Source of the DNA: an uncultured Candidatus Micrarchaeota archaeon
Lineage (GTDB): Archaea > Micrarchaeota > Micrarchaeia > Anstonellales > J096
Direction: 5' to 3'
Length of the DNA: 56,692 nucleotides
Assembly (NCBI GenBank): GCA_938083015.1
Contig: CALKCX010000010.1
Coordinates: 1 to 56,692, forward strand
The stretch's first letter is position 1. Every line of letters begins with the position of its first letter. Of the stretch, positions 1 to 9,304 are shown piece by piece. The notes below the pieces were generated by a model, which was not told the DNA's origin, made no database searches, and saw only the letters and a program-made list of their open reading frames with translations. The translations under genes were made by a program, and so were the position numbers.

Positions 1-3000
1 AGCAATACTTGGTAATACAAAAAGATTTAAATATCGAATATTATTTTTGAAAACCAATATATTGGCGTTATCATTTAGGCCTATCGTGACTTTTAAATTA
101 TCTTGAACTTCATTACATCCTTGAAAATCTGGTAGTAAATATGAGACTAATTTACACGAATCACTTGGTGTCGTGTAGTTAAATCTATATAATTTAATAC
201 TTTCACAGGAAGGGTTGTTGATATATTTACAACTTGCCTTTATCAAATGTTTAGATAGAGGTAAAAAATAAGTTTTCGTAGAATTATTATATGCTAAGAA
301 AACGTCCAATACTTCTATATCGTTTTCTAATCTACATTCTGCACTTTCCCCTATATTATAGTCGAATTTTAATTTAAGTACATTCCCATATATATCTCCG
401 GATAAAGATATTTTTATATCACATTTCGAAGATATATTTTCATCATATATTAAACAACCTTGTTTATGTAATTTACATTGACTAACATTTGTTTCAATTT
501 GTCCTTCTAATATTAGATAGCGATCAACATTTAGATTTAATCTATCTCTTAATAATCTATTAAATTCTCTATCTATCAACATATTATTATTTGCATATAA
601 TTTGAAAATCGAATTGTTTATACTAGAATATGATCTATAATTTAATTCAAATGTCGATGAGTTTATTATAAGACATCTATCTCTAGGTAAATTCCAAGAA
701 AGTTCTAATTCACAAGATATATTGGTCGAAGGTGTAGAGCTGTTCTGAGAAACTATATAGACTTTTCTTTCAATATACCTATTACATTCTCTGTTATCTG
801 GGTTATAGCAATATAAAACTAAAGTTGAATTATTTGTGAATTCGTAATTAAATATCCAATTTATTACCGAGCTATTTGAAAAGTTTAATACGTAATTATT
901 TATAGAGTGTATACAATGTAAATTAGAATTAGAACTGATGTTTATATTATAAGATATATTAGTAGCTTGCTCTAGTATTGCACTGGGCATATTTTCTAAT
1001 ATATCTATTCTACATTCTCTGGGCGGAACAATGCTAATATTTCTAACATATAACAGTTTATGCAAATTCAAACCACATTGCCTATTTAAAGTATTTGAGC
1101 AATCTAAACTATGTATATAGTGGCCATAATCATAATATTGATCTCTAAACATTCTAAATATATTAGAACCGTTTTGCAAGAATATTGTAAGGTTGTTTAT
1201 CGAATATCTGCATTCTAGCTCAAGATCAGAAGTAATATTTATGTAATAATCCACATAAAATGGAGATGAATAAGTACCAGAGGGAATATTATCATAAGCT
1301 TGAATAGTACAATTAACTATAGGAGGCTCATATATTTCATCAATTATATAAAGAGATTTAGCTACATATCTATTACAATAAGGGTTAGTTAAGGATTTAC
1401 AGATTAAGAAAAAAGATGTATTACTGTTAAATATTCTATTAACAAAATTCCTGCTGATAAAGCTTCCAGTATCTATATATGCAAGTACGCCATTTTCATA
1501 CATTTTACATTCTAAATTTGTATTCGAACTTATATTATAAGAATAGTTTGAGATAAAGCTATTATTATATGTGCCCCATGGTATGCTTTCTTCAATATCG
1601 ATATCACAAGAACCCGGAGCTTCTATTCTAGTTTCAATGAAAAGATTACTTTCAATATTTTGACTACATTGTCTATCGATCTGATTACATATTATAGAAA
1701 AACTATAATTACCTAAATCAAAATTTAATAATTTTGAAAAGCTTATATGTTTGCCCGTTCCCCTATACAAAACATCATTGTTCATTGATATGGTACAAGT
1801 TAGATTATTATCAGAAGAAGCTGTTAAGTATATAACATCTTGATAAGGCGAAGTATAAGTTCCTGATGGAAGATGATAATCCATATTGATATTACATCGT
1901 TCTGGAGGATTTGTTTGATTTGTTTTTATTATTAGAGTAGAAGAATAAGAAGAAATACATGAATTCTTTCTACAATTAAGTTGAAAGTTATACGTGCCAA
2001 CATCAAAAAATCTCGTATAGATATATTGGCCAATTGATATTTGAGATGACAATATTGGGTTATTGTTTATTATAAGATTACAAGTAGATTGATCATAAGA
2101 TATGAAACCAAAAGATAGATTGGCAGGCGATTCTAATTCACCAGATGGTAAAATAGGAATTATATTTATATTGCATGTATCGTCTAAAACTTCTAAATGA
2201 GAGCTAATAGATTTATAACATTGATTGTTAAAAACATCTCTACAGATTAGATTAAAAGAGTAATTATCAGGTGTGAAGAATAGCTCTCTTTGAAAATTGA
2301 TGTTATTACCAATCGAACTATAGTATTGATTGCCATTAATATTCAAATCACATCTTATTTGATTATTTGAACTTGCAAATATAGATAAATTGTAAGTATT
2401 ATTGTAACCTTTACCATTTGGTAAATAAGCTATTAAGTCTATTTCACATTTAGGAGATGGATTGATTACGTCAAAACATTTTATATCTGTATCTATGCAT
2501 TGTCCGTCTTCAGATACTATATCAGCATGAATGTAATACCTACCAGTAGTTAGATTAAACATTAGTGTGTCACTATAGGTTCTATTTTCATCTAAAAATA
2601 TATTCAATAATTCCTGATTATTTAAATATAATCTTAGATTAGAAGATCTGTTTAATGTGTATGCATTTAAAGATATTGGCAATCTATTGGTATTGTATGT
2701 AATACAGCTATTTGGATCGCCGTTTATTCTTATTTTATTTTCACAAGTTCTTTGAGACTTTTTAACATATATCGTGCTTTGATATATAGGGCATTCATCG
2801 TCTACTTCGCCATTAGGTTCAGAGCAATATAATGTTAATCTATATCTACCAGGTTTATTAAATTCTATTTGTTCTAGAATTTGAGAATTTGGATAAGATA
2901 ATATAGTGTGTACGCGATTATCAATTAGTAAAAAACATTTACTATAATTTCCATTTATTATAGCTGATAAGTTAAGATATGCAGGACTTCGCATATATAT

Positions 3001-4146
3001 TGTAATATTGGAATCTGGTCCCATGTTTTGTCCATTTAGAATAAATGATTCGATATTATAACTACATGATCGAGGATTGGATTGTTTATATATTAAACAT
3101 ATTCTATCTGTATCAGTAGATGTGCTTTGTCCACAGTAATTTGTACTATATGCCATAGTTTCCAAATTAATAATATTATAACCTGGTTCTAATCTAACTG
3201 TTTGTGTACTGTATGAATATCCACTAGTTAGTCGACTATCTAATATATGTTCACCTTGCTCATTGATATTTGATAATATATATAGACCGTTATCTTTTAT
3301 AAAAGTCGCATAATTTACAGTATGTTGAGATTCTGTAGTGACTTTACAATCTTTATTTTCAAATATTACAGATCTTGCCTCTGAATCTGGAAGATATGGA
3401 CAGTTTGGAGTTGAAGATCTAGGTGGAAGTGACGGTATTGTCAAAGAACAAGATTGAAACAAACTTGTTAAACTAAGAGGATCGACAAAATCTGCTTGAA
3501 AAGATTTAGAAGCTATATCGATTATATCGAGTAACATCACATCTATTGTATTATAACAAATTTTTGTCGTATATCCTCCTGTTCCAGCAAAACCGTTTGT
3601 AAATAGACCTATCTGATTAAACATTACCCAAGTATTTGAAGATATCCAATTTAACGAATAACCTCTCCCTACAGCTATACCTATCGTGTTATCGTATATT
3701 CTAACATCTTTTGTAAACAATCTTTTATTACTATCCATTAATGCCAATCCTTGACCACTTACCAGTCCACTTTTAAAACCAGCAATAGATATATTTTCTA
3801 ACGTTATATCTTCTACTCCTCCTCTTACTTGTATACCGTAATAACCAGATTCATAATATGGATATATCCCACCATTCTTAATTGTAATTTTACCTTTATC
3901 TTCACCAGTTACAATAATTCCAAAAGTTCCATAAATGTCGAAATTTTTTAAATCAAGAACACAACTTTCACCATATTTTAAATGTATAAAAAAATCAAAC
4001 AAAATATTATTAGTACCAATTCTAGTAACATAATGAGGAAAACAGTTATCAACTATTCTTTGAGCAACTTCACATGACATTATAACTGGTCTATAACACT
4101 CAATTCCCCAACTTGTTATAAACAGGAAGATTAATAATAGCAGCAT
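1..4146 (-). CDS. Large secreted Cys-rich surface protein, N-terminal beta-helix-like region plus >=10 Ig-like repeats (3'-truncated by window edge, >=1382 aa)
   Basis: Not in the ORF track. I translated the minus frame by hand from ATG 4146 to base 1 and found no stop. Starts MLLLLIFLFITSWGIEC (signal peptide). TTTAAA box at 4170-4175. Beta-helix-like segments (VLDLKNFDIYG..GIIV, ITIKNGGI, VRIYDNTIGIAV), then ~95-aa repeats such as RCNINMDYHLPSGTYTSP...LTCTISMNN...DLGNYSFSIICNQIDRQC. Confidence 0.9.
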   Translation of the reverse strand, partial: MLLLLIFLFITSWGIECYRPVIMSCEVAQRIVDNCFPHYVTRIGTNNILFDFFIHLKYGESCVLDLKNFDIYGTFGIIVTGEDKGKITIKNGGIYPYYESGYYGIQVRGGVEDITLENISIAGFKSGLVSGQGLALMDSNKRLFTKDVRIYDNTIGIAVGRGYSLNWISSNTWVMFNQIGLFTNGFAGTGGYTTKICYNTIDVMLLDIIDIASKSFQADFVDPLSLTSLFQSCSLTIPSLPPRSSTPNCPYLPDSEARSVIFENKDCKVTTESQHTVNYATFIKDNGLYILSNINEQGEHILDSRLTSGYSYSTQTVRLEPGYNIINLETMAYSTNYCGQSTSTDTDRICLIYKQSNPRSCSYNIESFILNGQNMGPDSNITIYMRSPAYLNLSAIINGNYSKCFLLIDNRVHTILSYPNSQILEQIEFNKPGRYRLTLYCSEPNGEVDDECPIYQSTIYVKKSQRTCENKIRINGDPNSCITYNTNRLPISLNAYTLNRSSNLRLYLNNQELLNIFLDENRTYSDTLMFNLTTGRYYIHADIVSEDGQCIDTDIKCFDVINPSPKCEIDLIAYLPNGKGYNNTYNLSIFASSNNQIRCDLNINGNQYYSSIGNNINFQRELFFTPDNYSFNLICRDVFNNQCYKSISSHLEVLDDTCNINIIPILPSGELESPANLSFGFISYDQSTCNLIINNNPILSSQISIGQYIYTRFFDVGTYNFQLNCRKNSCISSYSSTLIIKTNQTNPPERCNINMDYHLPSGTYTSPYQDVIYLTASSDNNLTCTISMNNDVLYRGTGKHISFSKLLNFDLGNYSFSIICNQIDRQCSQNIESNLFIETRIEAPGSCDIDIEESIPWGTYNNSFISNYSYNISSNTNLECKMYENGVLAYIDTGSFISRNFVNRIFNSNTSFFLICKSLTNPYCNRYVAKSLYIIDEIYEPPIVNCTIQAYDNIPSGTYSSPFYVDYYINITSDLELECRYSINNLTIFLQNGSNIFRMFRDQYYDYGHYIHSLDCSNTLNRQCGLNLHKLLYVRNISIVPPRECRIDILENMPSAILEQATNISYNINISSNSNLHCIHSINNYVLNFSNSSVINWIFNYEFTNNSTLVLYCYNPDNRECNRYIERKVYIVSQNSSTPSTNISCELELSWNLPRDRCLIINSSTFELNYRSYSSINNSIFKLYANNNMLIDREFNRLLRDRLNLNVDRYLILEGQIETNVSQCKLHKQGCLIYDENISSKCDIKISLSGDIYGNVLKLKFDYNIGESAECRLENDIEVLDVFLAYNNSTKTYFLPLSKHLIKASCKYINNPSCESIKLYRFNYTTPSDSCKLVSYLLPDFQGCNEVQDNLKVTIGLNDNANILVFKNNIRYLNLFVLPSIA

Positions 4147-4169
4147 TAATATTTTAATAACGTTTTAGT

Positions 4170-4175
4170 TTTAAA
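4170..4175 (-). promoter_or_regulatory. TATA box (TTTAAA) for the large surface protein gene
   Basis: Lies 24-29 nt upstream of ATG 4146, the same spacing seen at many other genes here (leaderless). Confidence 0.55.
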
Positions 4176-4186
4176 ACATAACTTTT

Positions 4187-5077
4187 TTACAATTCTACTT
4201 TTTCACCAGGTATTCTAGGAAATGGTTGTACTTCAGATATTTTATTTACACCTGTTATCCACATCACAAACCTCTCTATACCTAATCCGGCCCCTGCCGA
4301 AGGTCTTAATTTACCTTCTTTAGCTAGATTCAATAAAACATCGTATTTATCTTTATTTATACCATCTTTATCCATTTTAGCTATTAGTTTATCATATTGA
4401 TATTCTCTTTGACCTCCAGATAGAATCTCGCCGTATTTTGGTACATAAAGATCATAATTATGCCATACTCCTTGTTCATCTTGCATATCATAGAAATATC
4501 TTGGAATATCAATTATCCAACTTGGCGAATCTATAGTTTCGATAAACTTTGTTTCCCATTCATCTCCATATTTTTTGACCAAATCTCCATATTTATATTC
4601 TTTAAATGGAGGTTTTGGTATTTTAAAACCAGGATTTAAATTTTTTATTTCTAAATTCATATCTATCTTTATATATCTTAAAGCTGCCATTATTAATTTC
4701 TCTATAAATCTTCTTGCCTCAACATCATTGAAATTAGCTATTTCAAAATCAAGTTGAGTAAATTCAAATAGGTGTTTACCCGTATTTTTCCTACTTTCTC
4801 TCTCGATTCTTATATTAGGTGATAATATGAATAACCTATCTATGTTTTGAGCTATCATGTATTGTTTATGTACTATCATACTTTGAGTTAAAGTTAATTT
4901 CTGACCGTATACTTCTACTTCTAATCCTTTTTCAACAGATCCAGAAGGGTCAGGGAAAAGCGGATCTGTTGTCTTAGATAAGATAACAGGTAATACCCAT
5001 ACAAATCCTTGCTTATGAAGATAATTTACCATTCTAGTTAAAACATAAGATTGTATAGTCAATATCTCTTTCTTCAT
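4187..5077 (-). CDS. asnA: Archaeal asparagine synthetase A (AsnRS-like, no anticodon-binding domain)
   Basis: Class II aaRS motifs (SPNIRIE..HLFEFTQLDFE; EILSGGQRE; GAGLGIERFVMW..QPFPR) in 296 aa with no N-terminal OB domain. Confidence 0.85.
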   Translation of the reverse strand: MKKEILTIQSYVLTRMVNYLHKQGFVWVLPVILSKTTDPLFPDPSGSVEKGLEVEVYGQKLTLTQSMIVHKQYMIAQNIDRLFILSPNIRIERESRKNTGKHLFEFTQLDFEIANFNDVEARRFIEKLIMAALRYIKIDMNLEIKNLNPGFKIPKPPFKEYKYGDLVKKYGDEWETKFIETIDSPSWIIDIPRYFYDMQDEQGVWHNYDLYVPKYGEILSGGQREYQYDKLIAKMDKDGINKDKYDVLLNLAKEGKLRPSAGAGLGIERFVMWITGVNKISEVQPFPRIPGEKVEL

Positions 5078-5099
5078 AATTTTAAATAATATGTAAAGT

Positions 5100-5105
5100 T
5101 TTAAA
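5100..5105. promoter_or_regulatory. Shared palindromic TATA box of the divergent asnA / pilin pair
   Basis: TTTAAA lies 23-28 nt from both start codons (5077 minus, 5128 plus). Confidence 0.6.
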
Positions 5106-5127
5106 AAATTAGCAAATATGAATTATT

Positions 5128-5451
5128 GTGAAGGGCCAAATCACATTTGAAACAGTATTAATATACGGTATTACATTAATAGCTACTGTAATAATAATGA
5201 GCTCAATACTATATATTAATGGTCAAGTAATATCAGCTATAGAGAGAAGCTATATGTTGAAAGAAAAGGCATTGGTTATAGATACAATTAATGAATTATG
5301 TGAACTTGGAAATGGAATTAGGTATAAGTTAAAACTTAAATATGACCATAATATAGATCCTTCATCAGTAAGTTGTGAGGTTATTGGAGAGATAAGAAAA
5401 GGTGAAGTTATATTTTCTAATATAATGGGCAAAGTATTTATTTTAACATAA
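5128..5451 (+). CDS. Archaeal type IV pilin-like protein (class III signal peptide)
   Basis: MKG/QITFETVLIYGITLIATVIIMSSIL: KG|Q cleavage site, Glu at +5, hydrophobic helix. GTG start. Confidence 0.8.
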   Translation: MKGQITFETVLIYGITLIATVIIMSSILYINGQVISAIERSYMLKEKALVIDTINELCELGNGIRYKLKLKYDHNIDPSSVSCEVIGEIRKGEVIFSNIMGKVFILT

Positions 5452-6247
5452 TATAAGGCGATATATCTACATCTATGTCCATGACATTGTTTAAAAATCC
5501 ATTTATCAACATATTTATTGCATCTTCCCTATCTATACCTCTACTTTCTAAATATGTTAACATTTCCATAGGTATTTTAGAAATAGTAGCAGAATGACTT
5601 GCCTTTACATCATTATTTTCTATTTTTAAAGCAGGAAATGCAAAAGCGTTAGCATTATTGCTTAATAGCATTACATGTTGATCTAAAAATGAATTAGTTC
5701 CAGAAGCTTCTGGTAAAATATTTATATAACCTTCTAATTTTATCATAGCTTGATCATTTGAAATACCTCTATAATGAGAATAGGATTTTGAATTAGGCAT
5801 AGTATGATTTAATATAGAGCGATAAATACTAAGTTGATTATCTTTTACAAACCCTATTCCTCTGTCATCTACATTAGAATTATCTTTAATATTAATGTTA
5901 TTACTTATCTCTATATACCCGCCTAGGCCAACAGTTCTAATTGTTAAAGACCCTTTAACGTATATATCTCTATGTATATAACAGAATTGATTTGGTCTAA
6001 TTATCGAGTATATTTTAAAATCTCCATCTACTTCTATAGTTTCATAACTAAAGTTTTCACCATAATATAAATACAATACACCATTACCTTTTAGCTTATA
6101 TTTTATTTTATTATTACCGACGTAATATCTTCTATGTTCTTCATTATATATTATAAAATCATATCTCTCTCCATATTTTTCAATATATGTTTTTGGATCT
6201 TCTAATTGTGCCAATTTATATTCAAATTTATCAAAATATTCGTTCAT
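5438..6247 (-). CDS. sufD: Fe-S cluster assembly protein SufD (short)
   Basis: SufBD beta-helix with AFPALKIENNDVKASHSATIS..YLESRGI..AINMLINGF; coupled to sufB by an ATGA overlap. Confidence 0.85.
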   Translation of the reverse strand: MNEYFDKFEYKLAQLEDPKTYIEKYGERYDFIIYNEEHRRYYVGNNKIKYKLKGNGVLYLYYGENFSYETIEVDGDFKIYSIIRPNQFCYIHRDIYVKGSLTIRTVGLGGYIEISNNINIKDNSNVDDRGIGFVKDNQLSIYRSILNHTMPNSKSYSHYRGISNDQAMIKLEGYINILPEASGTNSFLDQHVMLLSNNANAFAFPALKIENNDVKASHSATISKIPMEMLTYLESRGIDREDAINMLINGFLNNVMDIDVDISPYIMLK

Positions 6248-7587
6248 CCTACAGACCCTTCCATTTCTAAAGATATTAATCTATTTAATTCAATAGCGTA
6301 TTCTAAAGGTATTTCTTTTATAAATTCTTCTATAAATCCTAATACTATCATGGTCTTTGCCTCATCTTCATCAAACCCTCTAGACATTAGATAAGATAAC
6401 TGTTCTTGCTCTATTTTACCTACAGTAGCTTCATGAGTTATTTGAACATCTTTTTCATGAATTTCAATATAAGGATAGGTGTCTGTTCTACTTTTAGGAT
6501 CGAGTAATAAAGCATCACACGATACAGCTATTTTACTATTATAAGCTCCTTTAGCAACCTTCACCCAACCTCTATATCTTGTTATACCACCACCCATTGA
6601 TATGCTCTTTGATACTATTGTTGAACTTGTATCTGGAGCAAGATGTATTGCCTTACCTCCGCTGTCAATTAATTGATCTTTACCTGCTGATGCTATCGAT
6701 ATTATCTTGGCCTTAGCTCCTCTTTCTTTTAGATATATGGCCGGGTATTTATAAGTGTACTTTGAACCTAAATTCCCGTCTAACCATTCTACATAAGCGT
6801 TTTCATATGCGATTGCCCTTTTAGTAACAAGATTATAAACATTTTTACTCCAGTTTTGTACAGTAGTATATCTTACTCTAGAATTTTTATGAGCAAATAC
6901 TTCAACTACTGCTGCATGAAGAGAATTTTTACTATATATAGGTGCAGAACATCCTTCTATATATGATACTTCTGCTTGATCTTCTACTATAATTAATGTT
7001 CTTTCAAATTGTCCCATTGATTGGTTTTGTATTCTAAAATAAGCTTGTAAAGGTCTATCTACTTTGACTCCTTTAGGTACGTATAGAAATACTCCACCAC
7101 TCCAAAAAGCTGTATTTAAAGCAGCAAACTTATTATCTCGAATAGATACTAAGGTGGCAAAATACTTTTTAACAATATCTGGATGTTTTTTCAATCCTTC
7201 GTCAAGACTTGTAAATATAACCCCCATTTTAGATAGAGTATTTTGTATTTTCTCATATAAAACGTTACTTTCATATTGGGCAGTTACACCTGCTAATACT
7301 TTTGCCTCTGCTTCTGGAATACCTAATTCTTGATATATTTTTCTCACATCTTCTGGTAGATCTTCCCAATTATTAACTCTATTGGCTTTAGGTTTTAGAT
7401 AATAAACAATATCATCATAATCTATAGGTTCTAATTCTACCCATTTAGGTAATTCTAAGTTTTTAAAATGTTGAAAAGCTTTCAATCTTATGTTTAACAT
7501 CCACTCTGGTTCTTCTTTCTCTTTACTTATGAACTTAACAGCTTCTTCACTTAATCCTTTATCCCATATAGCTTCATAATCTATCAT
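6244..7587 (-). CDS. sufB: Fe-S cluster assembly protein SufB
   Basis: GQFERTLII, YIEGCSAP, SLHAAVVE, RYTTVQNWS, DTYPYIE, HEATVGKI..YLMSRG. Confidence 0.95.
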   Translation of the reverse strand: MIDYEAIWDKGLSEEAVKFISKEKEEPEWMLNIRLKAFQHFKNLELPKWVELEPIDYDDIVYYLKPKANRVNNWEDLPEDVRKIYQELGIPEAEAKVLAGVTAQYESNVLYEKIQNTLSKMGVIFTSLDEGLKKHPDIVKKYFATLVSIRDNKFAALNTAFWSGGVFLYVPKGVKVDRPLQAYFRIQNQSMGQFERTLIIVEDQAEVSYIEGCSAPIYSKNSLHAAVVEVFAHKNSRVRYTTVQNWSKNVYNLVTKRAIAYENAYVEWLDGNLGSKYTYKYPAIYLKERGAKAKIISIASAGKDQLIDSGGKAIHLAPDTSSTIVSKSISMGGGITRYRGWVKVAKGAYNSKIAVSCDALLLDPKSRTDTYPYIEIHEKDVQITHEATVGKIEQEQLSYLMSRGFDEDEAKTMIVLGFIEEFIKEIPLEYAIELNRLISLEMEGSVG

Positions 7588-8165
7588 TTTTTAAACACAC
7601 CTTTAATTACATCTAATAATCTATTCTTATCTAGTTTATTTGCACAGTATAATGTTTTAATTTTTATCTTTTCATCATCTCTATTAAACAAAGATAGACC
7701 TTTAAATACATAGAATACCTTACCAGTCTTAATGTATTCTTCATATATAATATCGAATTTCTCAGAATGGAAGTTTTGACAATGAGGACATATAGGACTG
7801 GAAAATTCTATTAACCAGATCTCTGCATTAGGATTTCCTAGAGAGATATCATCAGGTTGATATAATCTTGTATCTTTAGAACCTATTGGATTGTTTAAAG
7901 CATTTTTGAAAACCATTATATCTCGATTTCCGACTAATTTATCTTGATTTATAATAAAAGACGGTGTCCCCGTTATATTATATATTCTGGCCTCTTCTTT
8001 AATTCTATTAATGTATTGATCTGCTTGTTCTGAGTTTATACAATCTTCGAATTCAATAGGATATTCGGTATTTGAAGGTATTATTGACATTATATACCAA
8101 AGACCGTATATGAATATTATCATAAATAATACTCCGCCAATGATCATTGTTATATCTAGCTTCAT
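7584..8165 (-). CDS. Membrane-anchored DsbA/BdbD-like thioredoxin-fold protein, circularly permuted
   Basis: N-terminal TM helix. The GTPSFIIN cis-Pro segment comes before DDISLGNPNAEIWLIEFSSPICPHC. Confidence 0.8.
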   Translation of the reverse strand: MKLDITMIIGGVLFMIIFIYGLWYIMSIIPSNTEYPIEFEDCINSEQADQYINRIKEEARIYNITGTPSFIINQDKLVGNRDIMVFKNALNNPIGSKDTRLYQPDDISLGNPNAEIWLIEFSSPICPHCQNFHSEKFDIIYEEYIKTGKVFYVFKGLSLFNRDDEKIKIKTLYCANKLDKNRLLDVIKGVFKK

Positions 8166-8197
8166 AATTTAAATATTAGATTAATATTAAAAATTGA

Positions 8198-9304
8198 ATG
8201 GTTATATTTTTTAATATGAAAGATATAGCTAAGCAGAGACTAATCGAATTAGGTAAGAGATTAGCAGAACAGATAAAGAATGGACAAAATCCTTATTTTC
8301 AAACTAAAGTTAGAAGTAAATCGAATATTTTATCAGATAAAGGCTATTTAGAACTTGGAGATAAGACAGAAAAAAGAGAGTTTTTGAATATTGCTCAAGC
8401 TAAAACTTTTATGCAAACTATTGCAGTTGCTAATAAATTGAAAAAATTCTTAGATGAAGATTTACATACTAGTATAAGAGGATTGTATTATCAGTTAAAA
8501 TACAGTTTAGGGGAAGATATAGATGAAAATCTGTTTGATGAACAATCTGAAAGTAATGTTTTAATAGAAGATTTAGAAGCTGCTTTAGATGTTAAAAGAG
8601 AGGATTTTAATTTAACTACTGATAGAAAAGGAGTATTAGCAGGACCTATTAAAATATTGGATAGGTTTAAAGGAGAAGAGGTAATAATTGATGGGACAAA
8701 AATGGGAAGAAGTGGTTGGATGATACCTTCTGATGTAGATAATGATATGGAAATATTGGAATTAGAAGCAGATTACGTATTAGTAGTAGAAAAAGATGCA
8801 TTGTGGCAAAGATTAAATGAAGATAGATTTTGGCAAAAGAATAAAGCTATTTTAATAACTCCAAAAGGTCAATCTTCTAGAGGAACTCGTAGATTATTAA
8901 GAAAACTAGCTGATCAAGGATTACCTATATATGTGTTTACAGATTGCGATGCCTGGGGATGGTATATATACTGGACTTTGAAGACAGGTAGTATTAACTT
9001 AGCATATCTTGGAAAGGATTTTACAGTTCCAGAGGCCAAATTTATAGGTGTTACCATGAGCGATATAGATAGATTTCCATTTCTTGCAAAACTTACTATA
9101 AAGGCAAAAGAAATAGATATAAAAAGAGCACAAGAATTATTAGAATACGATTGGATAAATAAATATCAAGATTGGGTAGATGAATTAAATAAAGTTATAA
9201 GTACGAAGAAAAAGCTTGAACAGGATGCTTTACAAGGAGAGAGATTGACGTTTGTTGGCGAATATATAAATAGAAAAATAGAGAATCAAGAATTCTTACC
9301 TTAA
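8198..9304 (+). CDS. top6A: DNA topoisomerase VI subunit A
   Basis: SIRGLYY (catalytic Tyr), VLVVEKDA, LITPKGQ, FTDCDAWG TOPRIM motifs. Alternative start at 8216. Confidence 0.95.
   Translation: MVIFFNMKDIAKQRLIELGKRLAEQIKNGQNPYFQTKVRSKSNILSDKGYLELGDKTEKREFLNIAQAKTFMQTIAVANKLKKFLDEDLHTSIRGLYYQLKYSLGEDIDENLFDEQSESNVLIEDLEAALDVKREDFNLTTDRKGVLAGPIKILDRFKGEEVIIDGTKMGRSGWMIPSDVDNDMEILELEADYVLVVEKDALWQRLNEDRFWQKNKAILITPKGQSSRGTRRLLRKLADQGLPIYVFTDCDAWGWYIYWTLKTGSINLAYLGKDFTVPEAKFIGVTMSDIDRFPFLAKLTIKAKEIDIKRAQELLEYDWINKYQDWVDELNKVISTKKKLEQDALQGERLTFVGEYINRKIENQEFLP

Noticed and set aside
8198-9304. top6A without adjacent top6B as a Spo11-like novelty
   Set aside because: The sequence is a typical Top6A, and split top6A/top6B loci are not unusual; the window alone cannot show that top6B is absent.
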